From contig JACKGU010000001.1 in NCBI GenBank assembly GCA_020631855.1, positions 295,601-359,600 on the forward strand: a DNA stretch of 64,000 nucleotides, in the 5' to 3' direction. This stretch comes from Candidatus Nomurabacteria bacterium (lineage in GTDB: Bacteria; Patescibacteriota; WWE3; UBA101185; UBA10185). Both the position numbers and the translations under genes were made by a program. Below are positions 1 through 11,334 of the stretch, piece after piece; the stretch's first letter is position 1; each line of letters begins with the position of its first letter. The notes under the pieces were generated by a model, which was not told the DNA's origin, did not search any database, and worked only from the letters and a program-made list of their open reading frames with translations.

Positions 1-209
1 TTCTCACTTAAATCGAGATTGTGTCTGGCATTAGCAACTGCGGAATCAAGCACTTTTAGTATTAAAGTCGAAGCATTTGTTCGATTAAACATTAGTACTC
101 TTTTTGCCTCAGCTACGTTTTTGCCCCTTATCAGTGCTAAGACGGGATTCACCTTCTTAACAGATGACTTAGCGTATTTATGTTTTGCATAGACTATTGC
201 GTTACTCAT
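1..209 (-). CDS. rplV: 50S ribosomal protein L22, N-terminal part (gene runs off window start)
   Basis: Minus-strand translation from ATG (complement of 207-209): MSNAIVYAKHKYAKSSVKKVNPVLALIRGKNVAEAKRVLMFNRTNASTLILKVLDSAVANARHNLDLSE...; L22-like; immediately downstream of rpsS as in S10 operon. Confidence 0.75.
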   Translation of the reverse strand, partial: MSNAIVYAKHKYAKSSVKKVNPVLALIRGKNVAEAKRVLMFNRTNASTLILKVLDSAVANARHNLDLSE

Positions 210-211
210 TT

Positions 212-481
212 TTATTTCTTCTTCTTAGAGGAATGCCCTCTAAATGTCCTTGTAGGCGAAAATTCGCCCAACTTATGCCCCACCATTGCTTCCGAAATGG
301 ACACTTCAATGTGCTTTTTGCCATTGTGTACTGCTATAACCATGCCTACCATCTCAGGTGTTATAGTTGACGCTCGTGCCCATGTAATTATAGGGCCCTT
401 TTTACCGGCCGCTTTTATTTTAGCGACTTTTTCCATTAGTTTTTGGTCAACGTAAGGACCTTTTTTAAGCGATCTTGACAT
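212..481 (-). CDS. rpsS: 30S ribosomal protein S19
   Basis: 89 aa; [17 protein letters not shown]19 signature; operon position between L2 and L22. Confidence 0.95.
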   Translation of the reverse strand: MSRSLKKGPYVDQKLMEKVAKIKAAGKKGPIITWARASTITPEMVGMVIAVHNGKKHIEVSISEAMVGHKLGEFSPTRTFRGHSSKKKK

Positions 482-1314
482 TATTTACCCTTTCTCTTTC
501 TTGGTCGAGCTGTTACTACAAACTTATTAGTGTGTGTACGGCTACGTGTCTTAAACCCTCTTGTAGGTTTTCCCCAAGGAGTCTTTGGATGACCTGTACC
601 GTTATCTCTGTAAGAACCTGCATGTGGGTGGTCTTTTGGATTCGACATAGCGACACCTCGTACATGTGGTCTTCTACCCAAATGTCTCATTTTACCTGCT
701 TTTCCTAGTCTTGCAAGTCTATGGTCAGCATTCCCGAGGGTTCCTATTGTAGCATAGCATTTTGCAGCAACTTTTTTAACCTCTCCACTAGGGAGTTTAA
801 CGTTTACGAAATTTCCTTCTTTGGCCAAAACAACAGCGCTGTTACCTGCGCCCCTTACCATCTGTGCACCTTTTCCCGGGTTTAGCTCAATATTATGTAT
901 AGGCATACCTGCAGGAATGTTACTTAACGGTAAGCTATTTCCAACCTGAGCTTTTGCATCTTCCCCTACCTCAACGACCATCCCGACTTCTAAACCTTCG
1001 GGTGCCAAAATATAAGACTTCTCCCCATCTGCATAGTGTAAAAGGGCTAAATCGGGCCCTCGGTTCGGATCATATTCGATTGCGGCCACTTTTGCAGGAA
1101 TGCCGAATTTTATTCTTTTAAATTCTATTATTCTGTAATGCTTTTTTGCGCCTCTTTCTCTGAAGCGACTTGTAACAGTGCCTTTACTACGTCCAACATG
1201 GCCTTTTATTGATTTCGTTAATCTTTTTTCAGGCTTTGATTTAGTTATATTACTCTTTACGAGTGTTTTTCTTGTCCTAATTCCCGGACTTGTAGGCTTA
1301 TATTTTTTTAGCAT
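481..1314 (-). CDS. rplB: 50S ribosomal protein L2
   Basis: 277 aa; [19 protein letters not shown]... and basic C-terminus typical of L2. Confidence 0.95.
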   Translation of the reverse strand: MLKKYKPTSPGIRTRKTLVKSNITKSKPEKRLTKSIKGHVGRSKGTVTSRFRERGAKKHYRIIEFKRIKFGIPAKVAAIEYDPNRGPDLALLHYADGEKSYILAPEGLEVGMVVEVGEDAKAQVGNSLPLSNIPAGMPIHNIELNPGKGAQMVRGAGNSAVVLAKEGNFVNVKLPSGEVKKVAAKCYATIGTLGNADHRLARLGKAGKMRHLGRRPHVRGVAMSNPKDHPHAGSYRDNGTGHPKTPWGKPTRGFKTRSRTHTNKFVVTARPRKRKGK

Positions 1315-1315
1315 T

Positions 1316-1609
1316 TTACTTCGTCTCCTCCGTCAGTTTTATCTTTTGCCCTTTTTTAATCTCGATTACCGCTTTCTTCCACTTTGGGGTTTTGGTAAAT
1401 CTTCTGGATTTCAGTATTCTTCTCTTTTTTCCGGGCATAATATATGTTTTTACATCCAAAACTTCAACACCAAACATTTTTGCCGCCACTTCAGCAATTG
1501 CACCTTTGGAGGCTTTCACACCCACTTCGAAAGTGTATTTGTTCTGCCCCTCGGCTTGTACAGACTTTTCGGTTATTATCGGTTTTTTAATTATTTCGTT
1601 TAACTTCAT
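1316..1609 (-). CDS. rplW: 50S ribosomal protein L23
   Basis: 97 aa, L23-like; operon position. Confidence 0.88.
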   Translation of the reverse strand: MKLNEIIKKPIITEKSVQAEGQNKYTFEVGVKASKGAIAEVAAKMFGVEVLDVKTYIMPGKKRRILKSRRFTKTPKWKKAVIEIKKGQKIKLTEETK

Positions 1610-2259
1610 TATTTAAATCTCCCTTTGTATTTTGTCTGTATTATATCAACGGCCTTTTTTGTAAAAATAACTTTGTGGGCATTCATAAGTTCATAAGCAT
1701 TAACATTTTGTACCAAAGCAGTATGAACCCAAGGAATATTGGCGACACTCTTTCTCACATTCATATCATTATCATCTAGTATTATTAAGGATCTTCTTGA
1801 GTCTAAACCGGCAGCCTTCATCATTGCTGCAAATTTAGAAGTACTTGGCTCTGCTGCCTTTAGCGTATCCACAACAAAAACGTTATCCTTAGACACCTTC
1901 AAAGATAGTGCGCTTAGAAGTGCTAAAGATTTCATCTTCTTTGTAAGTTTTAAGCTCCACGATTTTGGCTTAGGTCCGTGCACAATTCCACCTTTTCTCC
2001 ATAGAGGGCTTCTGATAGACCCGACTCTAGCGCGTCCCGTACCTTTTTGACGCCAAGGCTTTCGACCAGCCCCGGATACTTCAGCTCTGGTTTTAGTTGA
2101 TGAAGTTCCCTGTCGCATATTATGCAAAAAGACTCTTACATACTGTTTTAAAGTCTCTATACGAGGCTCAAGTTTAAACACAGAAGTATCAAGATCCATT
2201 TTCTCTAAAACTTCACCCTTTGTATTAATTACATTAATTTGCATTCTGTACCTCCTCAA
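1609..2259 (-). CDS. rplD: 50S ribosomal protein L4 (true start may be internal Met near 2244)
   Basis: 216 aa L4-like; operon order S10-L3-L4-L23-L2-S19-L22. Confidence 0.9.
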   Translation of the reverse strand: MRRYRMQINVINTKGEVLEKMDLDTSVFKLEPRIETLKQYVRVFLHNMRQGTSSTKTRAEVSGAGRKPWRQKGTGRARVGSIRSPLWRKGGIVHGPKPKSWSLKLTKKMKSLALLSALSLKVSKDNVFVVDTLKAAEPSTSKFAAMMKAAGLDSRRSLIILDDNDMNVRKSVANIPWVHTALVQNVNAYELMNAHKVIFTKKAVDIIQTKYKGRFK

Positions 2260-2671
2260 CGACTGTTCCTTGTTGCGGTAAATCTATGTAAATCGTTATA
2301 TCTGCGTTTCTCGCTCCCGGAACCGGGCCCGTTAAAGCTATGATTTTGGTTTCATTATTAATATCAACAATTCGCAGGCCTTTCAAAGTAACCTGCTTGT
2401 TGCCTTGGTTTCCGGCCATCTTCTTACCCTTAAAAACCTTGCTTGGTGTCTGAGCTCCAATAGAGCCGCCGGATCTTGCCTTGTCTGACTGACCTCGGGT
2501 AGCCTGGGCACCTTTAAAATTCCATTTTTTCATAACTCCTGTAAATCCTTTACCTTTGGAGATGCTGGAAATTACAACTTCATTATTTAAAACCGAGCTG
2601 TCTAAAGCAGACTCCAACGAAACATACGTAACGGGAATAACTTTACCTTCAGGTGTAAATACCTGACTCAT
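2234..2671 (-). CDS. rplC: 50S ribosomal protein L3 (short form, about 145 aa; ORF extends to 2719 but conserved N-terminus starts at MSQVFTPEG)
   Basis: FTPEGKVIPVT, KGKGFTGVMKKWNF, SKVFKGKKMAGNQGN match L3 motifs; middle segment (about 50 aa) present in E. coli L3 is absent. Confidence 0.85.
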   Translation of the reverse strand: MSQVFTPEGKVIPVTYVSLESALDSSVLNNEVVISSISKGKGFTGVMKKWNFKGAQATRGQSDKARSGGSIGAQTPSKVFKGKKMAGNQGNKQVTLKGLRIVDINNETKIIALTGPVPGARNADITIYIDLPQQGTVVEEVQNAN

Positions 2672-2831
2672 GTTAAGTTTCTTACCTTTTAATTTGTTCC
2701 AATTCTTATAGTCTTGCATTTTATCTCGCTAACTTCGCTTATTACTAAGCATTGGCTCTAAGCTCTATTTTAAACTTTTCAGTTTGTTTTTAGTAATAAA
2801 TGCCGAGCTAAAAGCATTTATATTATTTAAA

Positions 2832-2853
2832 TAAAAAAAGCCCTAAAGGGCTC
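2832..2853 (-). terminator. Rho-independent terminator on minus strand between rpsJ and rplC (stem AGCCCT/AGGGCT, loop TTA, then 7 U)
   Basis: Minus strand reads GAGCCCTTTAGGGCTTTTTTTATTT; canonical hairpin+U-tract. Confidence 0.5.
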
Positions 2854-2940
2854 CTAATACTTTATATTATTTGCCCTGTTATGTAAACCTTTTTATTAAA
2901 ATCAACATTTTTTATTTTGCGCAGTAGGCGCATTTGGCAG

Positions 2941-3264
2941 CTACATTTTAATAGAAATACCTACACCTGCCGGTAAGCTAAGGTTTGATAAGGTTTCTAT
3001 TGTTGCAGCTGTTGGATTGACTACATCCAACACTCTCTTGTGAGTTCTAAGTTCAAACTGCTCTCGAGACCTTTTATCTATGTGGGGGCCTCTTATTACA
3101 GTGTATCGTTCTGTTTTTGTTGGCAAAGGAACAGGTCCTACTATCGACGCTCCGGTTCGAACCGTTGCATCGGCAATTTTTTGGCAACTCAAATCAATGA
3201 TTCTGCTATCGTATGCCTTTAGTTTTATTCTAATTTTTATGTCTTTTTTTTCTGTTTTTGCCAT
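2941..3264 (-). CDS. rpsJ: 30S ribosomal protein S10
   Basis: 107 aa; [19 protein letters not shown]...[14 protein letters not shown] classic S10. Confidence 0.95.
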   Translation of the reverse strand: MAKTEKKDIKIRIKLKAYDSRIIDLSCQKIADATVRTGASIVGPVPLPTKTERYTVIRGPHIDKRSREQFELRTHKRVLDVVNPTAATIETLSNLSLPAGVGISIKM

Positions 3265-3274
3265 TTTTTCTGGG

Positions 3275-3299
3275 GAGGGGCGCCTGAATGGCGCCCCTC
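3275..3299 (-). promoter_or_regulatory. 10-bp all-GC perfect stem-loop (GAGGGGCGCC-UUCAG-GGCGCCCCUC on the mRNA (minus) strand) between tuf stop and rpsJ start, 10 nt upstream of rpsJ AUG; no U-tract
   Basis: Read directly; extremely GC-rich stem in AT-rich intergenic DNA; followed on the mRNA by CCCAGAAAAA-AUG. Confidence 0.5.
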
Positions 3300-3310
3300 A
3301 TTAAATAATC

Positions 3311-4489
3311 TTAAGCAAGCACCTTTGTAATAACTCCGGCTCCTACTGTGTGACCGCCTTCTCTAATTGCGAATTTTAGGCCTTCTTCTAATGCTACAGG
3401 TGTAATAAGCTTAACTTTTATGTTTGTGCTGTCACCCGGCATTATCATCTCAACACCTTCGGTTAAAGTGATTTCTCCGGTTACATCTGTTGTTCTAAGA
3501 TAAAATTGAGGCCTATATCCTGCAAAGAATGGCTTGTGTCTTCCGCCCTCTTCTTTTGACAGAACATATATTTCAGCTTCGAATTCGGTGTGAGGTGTAA
3601 CAGAACCTGCCTTGGCAAGTACTTGTCCTCTTTCTATATCTTCTCGACCAATACCTCTAAGAAGAATTCCGACGTTGTCTCCAGCCTGACCCTCCTGCAT
3701 TGATTTTTTGAACATTTCAACACCGGTTACTGTGGTCTTTCTAGTGTCTTTTATACCAACGATTTCGATTTCTTCTCCTACTTTAACGACACCTCTCTCG
3801 ATTCTTCCCGTTGAAACGGTACCTCTACCTGAAATAGAGAATACGTCTTCAACTGGCATCAAGAATGGCTTGTCAAGGTCTCTCTTAGGAGTTGGGATAT
3901 AACTGTCTACAGCGTCCATTAATTTAACAATTGACTCTGCGGCTTCAGCATCGCCTTCTAGAGCCTTTAATGCTGAACCTCTTATTACAGGGATCTCTTC
4001 TCCCGGGAAACCATACTTTGTTAGAAGCTCTCTAACTTCAAGTTCCACCAGATCTAAGAGCTCTGCGTCTTGAACCATGTCTGTTTTATTCATGAACACT
4101 ACTATTGCAGGAACGTTAACCTGTCTTGCAAGAAGTATGTGTTCTCTAGTTTGAGGCATCGGTCCATCAGGTGCAGAAACAACCAAAATAGCCCCGTCCA
4201 ACTGTGCAGCACCGGTAATCATGTTCTTGATGTAGTCGGCGTGACCCGGACAGTCAATATGAGCGTAGTGCCTTGCGGCGGTCTCGTACTCAACGTGGGT
4301 AATATTTATGGTAATACCTCTTGCTCTCTCTTCAGGAGCTTTGTCTATATCTTCAAATTTTTTAAAGTCTGCCATACCTTTGTCTGATAAGACTTTTGTA
4401 ATAGCAGCAGTAAGTGTTGTCTTTCCATGATCGACGTGACCGATGGTACCGACATTGGCATGTGGTTTATTTCTAATAAAATCTGCCAT
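3311..4489 (-). CDS. tuf: Elongation factor Tu
   Basis: 392 aa; [22 protein letters not shown] motifs. Confidence 0.97.
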   Translation of the reverse strand: MADFIRNKPHANVGTIGHVDHGKTTLTAAITKVLSDKGMADFKKFEDIDKAPEERARGITINITHVEYETAARHYAHIDCPGHADYIKNMITGAAQLDGAILVVSAPDGPMPQTREHILLARQVNVPAIVVFMNKTDMVQDAELLDLVELEVRELLTKYGFPGEEIPVIRGSALKALEGDAEAAESIVKLMDAVDSYIPTPKRDLDKPFLMPVEDVFSISGRGTVSTGRIERGVVKVGEEIEIVGIKDTRKTTVTGVEMFKKSMQEGQAGDNVGILLRGIGREDIERGQVLAKAGSVTPHTEFEAEIYVLSKEEGGRHKPFFAGYRPQFYLRTTDVTGEITLTEGVEMIMPGDSTNIKVKLITPVALEEGLKFAIREGGHTVGAGVITKVLA

Positions 4490-4637
4490 TTTTGGCCTTT
4501 CTTTATATCTTCAACGGCTTGAACGTAATTTCAAACCCTAAAGACATAAACAATTCTATACTACTTGTTCTTAAAGCAACTAACAGTTAACCAAATAATC
4601 ACGAGAAAATCAAGCCTTTGGGCATAAAACAAAAAAC

Positions 4638-6728
4638 CTACCTATGACTTGAAATGTTTTCAGCAATGTTTGCGGGAACTTCTTCGTAGTGACTTGGCTC
4701 CATTGTAAAAGATGCTCGTCCTTGAGTCATGCCTCGAAGATCGGTCGCGTAACCAAACATTTCGGCAAGGGGAACCTTAGCTCTTACAACTGTTGCTTTT
4801 CCTCGTGTTTCAGTACCTTCTATCTTTCCTCGCTTTGAAGAAAGATTTCCTATGACATCGCCCATAAACTCATCGGGAGTGATTACTTCAACTTTCATGA
4901 TAGGCTCAAGAAGATAAGGCTTAGCCGCCCTCTGCGCCATTTTAAATGCTTCAGATGCCGCTATCTTGAAGGCTATTTCTGAAGAGTCAACTTCGTGGTA
5001 CGAACCATCAGTAAGTGTAACAGATACGTCTACAACCGGATAACCTGCAACTACCCCTGCCTCTGTAGCTTCTCTTATTCCCTTTTCTACAGCAGGAACG
5101 TATTCTTTGGGTATAGAACCTCCAACAATCTTATCGTGGAACTCTATGCCTTTTCCGGGTTCGAGAGGTGCCACAGTTATTACAACATGCCCGTACTGAC
5201 CGCGACCCCCTGACTGTCTTATATACTTGTTTTCTTTTTCAACTGTATCTTTAATAGATTCTCTGTATGCTACCTGTGGTCTGCCGGTGTTTACTTCAAC
5301 CTTAAATTCTCTTTTCATTCTATCTACAATAATTTCTAAATGAAGCTCGCCCATTCCATATAAAACTGTTTCACCGGTTTCAACGTCAGATTTCACCTTC
5401 AATGTAGGATCTTCTTCTAAGAATTTTTTAAGAGCTACGCCCATCTTATCTCGGTCGGTTTTTGTTTTTGGCTCTATCATGAGCCCTATAACAGGCTCTG
5501 CGAAATCAATTGATTCTAAAACAACAGGCCTGCCTTCGTCACAAAGAGTGTCTCCAGTGGTGGTCTCACTTAATCCCACTGCAGCTGCGATTTCTCCTGC
5601 AGAAATTTCTTTGATTTCTTCACGATGGTTTGCATGCATTAATAAAATTCGGCTTAATCTTTCTTTTTTGTCTTTTGTGGAGTTGTACAAATATGAGCCG
5701 GATGTTATTTTTCCAGAGTAAACTCTGAAGTAAGTGAGTCTTCCAACAAAAGGGTCGGTCTGAATCTTAAATGCAAGGGCTGTAAAAGGCTCATTCTCAT
5801 CTGTAAGTAATGTAACTTCTTGGTTATTTTTTGTGTTTACACAAACTATATCAGGAGTGTCTTGGGGAGAAGGTAAATATGCGGTTACACCATCTAAAAG
5901 CTTTTGAACCCCAACGTTTCCTAGCGCAGATCCGCAGAACACAGGATACAACTTAGCTTTTATTGTTAGTTTTCGAATGCCTGCCTTTATTTCTTCTGGT
6001 GTAAATTCATCTCCATTTAAGAACCTTTCAAGCATTGCATCGTCTGCCTCAGCAACCTTTTCAATTAACATGGCTCTAAACTCTTTTACTTTTTCTTTAT
6101 AATCTTCGGGAATCGGAATCTCAGAAACCTCTTCACCAAATTTTCCTGCAAAAGAATAGGCTTTCTGCTCTACTAAATCTATTACTGAGTGCATGTCATT
6201 TTCTATACCAATTGGAATCTGTACGGGAACTGCATCTTTTGACAAACGATCATGAATCGAGTTAAGAGACATGTAGAAATCGCCGCCAACTTTATCCAAT
6301 TTGTTAATGAAACATAAAAGAGGAACGTGATATTTTTCGGATTGTCGCCAAACTGTTTCACTTTGAGGTTCAACGCCCTGGGATCCGTCAAATACAACTA
6401 CTCCGCCATCCAAAACTCTTAATGATCTTTCAACTTCAGCAGTGAAATCTACGTGCCCCGGAGTATCAATAATATTAATTCTAAAATCACTCCAGAAACA
6501 AGTAGTAGCGGCAGATGTAATAGTTATGCCCCGCTCGCGCTCCTGCGCCATCCAGTCCATTTGTGCGGCGCCTTCGTGAACCTCGCCGATTTTGTGGGAT
6601 CTCCCTGTGTAGTAAAGAACACGCTCGGTTAGGGTTGTTTTACCGGCATCTACGTGGGCAATAATACCTATGTTTCTAATTTTATCTAGGGTATATTTTT
6701 TATCGGCATTTGCTTTGGACATAAACAA
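4638..6728 (-). CDS. fusA: Elongation factor G
   Basis: 696 aa; [17 protein letters not shown], full five-domain EF-G. Confidence 0.97.
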   Translation of the reverse strand: MFMSKANADKKYTLDKIRNIGIIAHVDAGKTTLTERVLYYTGRSHKIGEVHEGAAQMDWMAQERERGITITSAATTCFWSDFRINIIDTPGHVDFTAEVERSLRVLDGGVVVFDGSQGVEPQSETVWRQSEKYHVPLLCFINKLDKVGGDFYMSLNSIHDRLSKDAVPVQIPIGIENDMHSVIDLVEQKAYSFAGKFGEEVSEIPIPEDYKEKVKEFRAMLIEKVAEADDAMLERFLNGDEFTPEEIKAGIRKLTIKAKLYPVFCGSALGNVGVQKLLDGVTAYLPSPQDTPDIVCVNTKNNQEVTLLTDENEPFTALAFKIQTDPFVGRLTYFRVYSGKITSGSYLYNSTKDKKERLSRILLMHANHREEIKEISAGEIAAAVGLSETTTGDTLCDEGRPVVLESIDFAEPVIGLMIEPKTKTDRDKMGVALKKFLEEDPTLKVKSDVETGETVLYGMGELHLEIIVDRMKREFKVEVNTGRPQVAYRESIKDTVEKENKYIRQSGGRGQYGHVVITVAPLEPGKGIEFHDKIVGGSIPKEYVPAVEKGIREATEAGVVAGYPVVDVSVTLTDGSYHEVDSSEIAFKIAASEAFKMAQRAAKPYLLEPIMKVEVITPDEFMGDVIGNLSSKRGKIEGTETRGKATVVRAKVPLAEMFGYATDLRGMTQGRASFTMEPSHYEEVPANIAENISSHR

Positions 6729-7193
6729 TTAGAACCTAAAATGCGCAAAAGCTCTATTTGCTTCAGCCATTTTATGAGTGTCATCTCTCTTTTTAACAGA
6801 ATCACCTATACCCTCGTAAGCGTTCTTAATTTCTACATATAATTTTTCTTCCATGGGCTTACCGTGCTTGGTTCTTGCAGATCTTACAATCCAGCGTAAA
6901 GCTAAAGCTTCAGCCCTTGTATGTTTAACGGGCATAGGAACCTGGTATGTCGCCCCACCTATTCTTCGAGATCTAACCTCTTGTTTTGGCATTACTACCT
7001 TAACGGCTTCTTCAAACATTGCGAGCCCTTCTTTTCGATCTTCAGCTAACTTTTCCAATGCTCCATAAACAACCTTTTCGGCGGTGGACTTTTCACCATC
7101 TAACATAACAATATTAATAAAACGTGCAACGACTCTTGATTTGTATAAAGGATCTGGGGTTGTTATTCTTTTTTTTGCTTTTTTAGATCTCAT
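6729..7193 (-). CDS. rpsG: 30S ribosomal protein S7
   Basis: 154 aa S7-like; str operon position. Confidence 0.95.
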   Translation of the reverse strand: MRSKKAKKRITTPDPLYKSRVVARFINIVMLDGEKSTAEKVVYGALEKLAEDRKEGLAMFEEAVKVVMPKQEVRSRRIGGATYQVPMPVKHTRAEALALRWIVRSARTKHGKPMEEKLYVEIKNAYEGIGDSVKKRDDTHKMAEANRAFAHFRF

Positions 7194-7207
7194 TAACTAT
7201 ATTCTCC

Positions 7208-7624
7208 TTAGTTAGCCTTTGGCTTTTTAGTACCGTAAATTGACCTTGATGATTTTCGCTTTTGAACTCCCTGTAAATCGTATTTTCCTCTCACAATTGT
7301 GTATTTAATACCGGGCAAGTCTTTAACTCTTCCGCCTCTAACTAACACAACAGAGTGTTCCTGCAAATTATGACCTTCTCCTGGAATATAAGCAGTTATT
7401 TCCTTTTTATTTGTGAGTCTTACCCTAGCAACTTTTCTCAAAGCCGAGTTTGGCTTTCTTGGTGTTTGCGTTTTAACTTGAATACAAACTCCTCGTTTAA
7501 AAGGGCCATTTAAATTTTTGAAGACTCTCTTTTTCGTGTTAAACATCAAAGACAAAGCAGGTGTACTGGCTTTTCTAACAGCCGTCTTTCTACCTTTTCT
7601 TACTAATTGATTAATTGTTGGCAT
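7208..7624 (-). CDS. rpsL: 30S ribosomal protein S12
   Basis: 138 aa; [12 protein letters not shown]... PNSALRKV S12 signature. Confidence 0.95.
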   Translation of the reverse strand: MPTINQLVRKGRKTAVRKASTPALSLMFNTKKRVFKNLNGPFKRGVCIQVKTQTPRKPNSALRKVARVRLTNKKEITAYIPGEGHNLQEHSVVLVRGGRVKDLPGIKYTIVRGKYDLQGVQKRKSSRSIYGTKKPKAN

Positions 7625-7660
7625 AACTTTCTTTCTTTATTCCATCTATCATAAACTCAA

Positions 7661-10600
7661 TTACTCTATCTCCGCCCGTTCGCCGGTTGGGATTAATCTA
7701 CCAATAATAACATTTTCTTTCAATCCCTGGAGCATATCGACTTTACCAGACGAGGCGGCATCGGTCAACACTTGGCTTGTCTGAATAAAAGCCGCGGCAG
7801 ATAAGAAACTGTCTGTATTGAGAGAGGCTTTTGTAATACCAAGAAGTGTGACTCTTGCAGTAGCAGGAGTTCCGCCCTCAGCTATAACCCTTTCGTTCTC
7901 CTCAATAAAGGTATCTTTTGTTGCTATATCGGTCGGCAAAAATGAAGTATCTCCCGCATCCTCAACCTTAACGTGGCCAAACATCTGCTTAACTATAACT
8001 TCAATATGCTTATCGTTCAAAGGCACTCCCTGACTTGCATAAACATTTTGAATTTCACTTAAGATATATTCTTTTGTCTTTGCTACACCCACAGTACTTA
8101 ACAAGTCCGCTAGATCAAGATGACCTTCGGTAAGCTTGTCGCCCTTGGCGACAAGCTGCCCATCCTCAACTATGATTGTTGCAATAGGATCGACAACATA
8201 CTCAACCATCTTTTGTTCCTCAGACGGATCACTTGCTTTAACAAGTATTTTTCTCTCATCTCCGGATTCAATAATAGTAACAGACCCTGTAATATCGCTC
8301 ATAACCGACAAGAATTTAGGAGCCCTGGCTTCAACTAATTCCTCTATTCTCGGCAAACCTTGAGTAATGTCTTTACCAACAACACCTCCGGTGTGGAATG
8401 TTCTCATTGTAAGCTGAGTTCCCGGCTCACCTATTGCTTGGGCTGCTGAAACTCCAACGGCCACGCCCATATCTACCAACGATTGGGTCATTATGTCGGC
8501 GCCATAACATTGTGCACAAATACCTCTGCGGGTTTCACAAGAAAGCGGCGATCTAATAACTACTGTATCTACTTTTTCGTCTTGCAATAAACGTAAATCC
8601 TCAGCTGTTAACATATGCCCACGCTCCAATAGCTTTTTATTGCCTTTCTTCACTTCTTCAGCTAAAATTCTTCCTTTAAATCTTTCCTCAAAGGAATTTA
8701 AGAGAGTCTTTTCTCCCACACGAATTGTTCTACCTGAGGTAGTTCCACAGTCATCTTGTCTAACAATAACCTCCTGGGCTACATCAACCAATTTTCTGGT
8801 CAAGTATCCTGCATCAGCAGTCTTAAGAGATTTATCAACTAGACCTTTACGAGCGCCTCTTGCACCTACGAAGTATTCCAAGGCTGACAATCCAAGCTTA
8901 TAGTTACCGAGCAAAGGCATGGTAACAATGTTTCCTGAAGCATCAAATACTAAACCTCTAATACCGGCCAATTGTGAAACTTGAGTTCTCGAAGCTCTTG
9001 TTGCTTTTGAGTTTATTAGTAATTTCAATGGGTTGCTGTCAGTCAAGTTGCCCCAGATTTTGTCATCTATCTCGGATCTTACGCCTTCCCATAAGTCTTC
9101 CGTATGTCTGTGTTTTTCACGTTCAGTAATGTATCCCATATTAAAGTTTTTATTTACCTCAAAAACTTTAGCTTTTCCTGCTTCAATTAAGGTTTCTCTT
9201 TCGGCTGGAATCGCGACATCGTCAAGTGAAACAGACTGGCCTGCCGATGTTCCGTATTTAAGACCAAAGTCTTTAAGATTGTCGATTAAATCTGCTATAT
9301 CTTGATTTGGGAGCTCATCAAAAACTTTTACTAAAATTTCTTCTACTTTACTCTTATCTACCGCCTCGTTCACAAATGCATAGTTTTCAGGCAAATACTC
9401 ATTAAATCTCAGTCTTCCCAGTGTAGTTTCAACTATTTTTCCGTTTATTCTTACCTTAATTAACTGTCTTTCGGAAATAATTGATAGAGCATCAAAGGCA
9501 TATCTTGCCTCTGCAGCAGAAGCGAATACTTTTTCGTAAAGCTCTGTACTATTATCAAGAGATGTAATGTAGTAAATACCAAACAAAACGATCTTTGCGG
9601 GAATTGAGAAAGGTTTACCGTCGGAAGGGCGTCTTAAATTAGCTATTGAAATCATCTTAGTTTTTGCTTCCTCAACTGATTGCTTTGATAAAGGAACCAA
9701 AACAGCCATTTGGTCTCCGTCAAAGTCAGCGTTATAGCCCGGGCATACGCACAAATGTAATCTAATAGCATTGCCTTCAATTAGCTTGGGATAAAATGCT
9801 TGAATACCTAACCTCCAAAGAGTTGGTTGTCTGTTCAGAAGCACTGGGTGATCTTTAACTACTTCCTCTAAGATGTCCCAGACTTCTGATACTCTTGATT
9901 CTAATACATACTTTGCACTTTTAACATTTGGGGCAATGCCTCGAGATAATAATTCTCTTAACACAAAAGGTTTAAAAAGTTCCAATGCCATTTCCTTTGG
10001 AATTCCACACTCATCCAATCTCAAAGTAGGGCCATTAACAATAACCCCTCTACCGGAGTAATCAACTCTCTTACCTAATAAGTTTTGTCTGAAACGACCC
10101 TGCTTACCTTTTAACTGGTCAGCTAAAGATTTTAAGGTCTTCTTTCCTCTTGAGGATCTCGCCTTATTTCGTTGCTTTGAAGAATCCAACAAAGCATCAA
10201 CCGATTCCTGAAGCATTCTTTTTTCATTTCTAATTATTACTTCCGGGGCTCCTAGATCCAACAATTTTTTCAATCGGTTATTTCTATTTATAACTCTTCT
10301 ATATAGATCGTTTGCGTCTGAAGTTGCGAAACGTCCGCCATCAAGCTGTACCATAGGTCTTAGTTCCGGCGGTATTACGGGCAAAACATCAATAACCATG
10401 CGCGCGGGCTGTATGCCGGCTCTTCTGAAACCCTCAACTACTTTTAATCTTTTCGATAGCTTTACTGCTTTTTGTCCCTTAGATCTCTCTAACTCAGACC
10501 TTAATGATTCGGAAAGATCGTTTAAATCAAGCTCTTCCAAAATATACTTTATGGCATCAGCTCCAATCGCAACTTCACAGAAAAGATCAATGTAATCTGC

Positions 10601-11332
10601 AAGATTAAGATATTCCATGTCTGAAAGAATTGAATGTAGCTGCAATCCTTCGATTTTCTTTTGAACTAGTGAAAAATGGCTTTCAAGATCTTTTATCGAA
10701 TCGTCGTGTTTTTCTTTAAGGACTTGCTGTTTTTGCTTAATCTTAAGTTCCGTTTCTTGTTTCGCCAAATCATTTCCCTTTTGGACACTCTTCAATTCGT
10801 CCTCAACGTCTTTTAGTGCCGAAGTTAGAGTCTTCTCTAAATAAGCTTTTTGCGCTTCTAAATCTTCTGAAATTTTTGAAATAGCCTCTGCTTTTTGATT
10901 CTTATCAATTTCAGTAATTATAAAAGATGAAAAATATATAACAGACTCAAGGCTTCTAGGAGATATATTCAACAATGTTGCCATTTTTGAAGGAATTCCC
11001 TTAAAGAACCAGACATGAACTACAGGGGAGGCCAAAGTAATATGCCCCATACGTTCTCGTCGAACTCTCGATAGAGTTACTTCTACTCCGCACTTATCGC
11101 AAATCACGCCTTTGTATCGGTAACCCTTATACTTACCGCAATAACAATGAAAATCTCGAACCGGTCCAAATATTCTTTCATCAAATAGGCCGTCGCGCTC
11201 AGGCCTAAAAGTTCTATAGTTTATAGTTTCCGGTTTGGTAATCTCGCCGTAAGACCATTCAAGAATATTTTCTTTTGATGCCAGCTCAATTTTTAATGCT
11301 TCAAAATCTTTAAGTTTGGTTAAATCTTTCAT
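7661..11332 (-). CDS. rpoC: DNA-directed RNA polymerase beta' subunit
   Basis: 1223 aa; NADFDGDQMAV catalytic motif, zinc-binding Cys cluster near N-terminus. Confidence 0.97.
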   Translation of the reverse strand: MKDLTKLKDFEALKIELASKENILEWSYGEITKPETINYRTFRPERDGLFDERIFGPVRDFHCYCGKYKGYRYKGVICDKCGVEVTLSRVRRERMGHITLASPVVHVWFFKGIPSKMATLLNISPRSLESVIYFSSFIITEIDKNQKAEAISKISEDLEAQKAYLEKTLTSALKDVEDELKSVQKGNDLAKQETELKIKQKQQVLKEKHDDSIKDLESHFSLVQKKIEGLQLHSILSDMEYLNLADYIDLFCEVAIGADAIKYILEELDLNDLSESLRSELERSKGQKAVKLSKRLKVVEGFRRAGIQPARMVIDVLPVIPPELRPMVQLDGGRFATSDANDLYRRVINRNNRLKKLLDLGAPEVIIRNEKRMLQESVDALLDSSKQRNKARSSRGKKTLKSLADQLKGKQGRFRQNLLGKRVDYSGRGVIVNGPTLRLDECGIPKEMALELFKPFVLRELLSRGIAPNVKSAKYVLESRVSEVWDILEEVVKDHPVLLNRQPTLWRLGIQAFYPKLIEGNAIRLHLCVCPGYNADFDGDQMAVLVPLSKQSVEEAKTKMISIANLRRPSDGKPFSIPAKIVLFGIYYITSLDNSTELYEKVFASAAEARYAFDALSIISERQLIKVRINGKIVETTLGRLRFNEYLPENYAFVNEAVDKSKVEEILVKVFDELPNQDIADLIDNLKDFGLKYGTSAGQSVSLDDVAIPAERETLIEAGKAKVFEVNKNFNMGYITEREKHRHTEDLWEGVRSEIDDKIWGNLTDSNPLKLLINSKATRASRTQVSQLAGIRGLVFDASGNIVTMPLLGNYKLGLSALEYFVGARGARKGLVDKSLKTADAGYLTRKLVDVAQEVIVRQDDCGTTSGRTIRVGEKTLLNSFEERFKGRILAEEVKKGNKKLLERGHMLTAEDLRLLQDEKVDTVVIRSPLSCETRRGICAQCYGADIMTQSLVDMGVAVGVSAAQAIGEPGTQLTMRTFHTGGVVGKDITQGLPRIEELVEARAPKFLSVMSDITGSVTIIESGDERKILVKASDPSEEQKMVEYVVDPIATIIVEDGQLVAKGDKLTEGHLDLADLLSTVGVAKTKEYILSEIQNVYASQGVPLNDKHIEVIVKQMFGHVKVEDAGDTSFLPTDIATKDTFIEENERVIAEGGTPATARVTLLGITKASLNTDSFLSAAAFIQTSQVLTDAASSGKVDMLQGLKENVIIGRLIPTGERAEIE

Positions 11333-11334
11333 AC

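Noticed and set aside
2917-2931. Small hairpin TGCGC-agtag-GCGCA right after rpsJ stop as a terminator
   Set aside because: Only 5 bp and no U-tract on either strand; the canonical terminator 60 nt further (2832-2853) is the better candidate.
7818-10595. Multiple 60-90 aa plus-strand ORFs inside rpoC (and similar ones inside rpoB, fusA, secA, dnaK, pnp etc.)
   Set aside because: Antisense shadow ORFs within long, unambiguously conserved genes; low-complexity translations.
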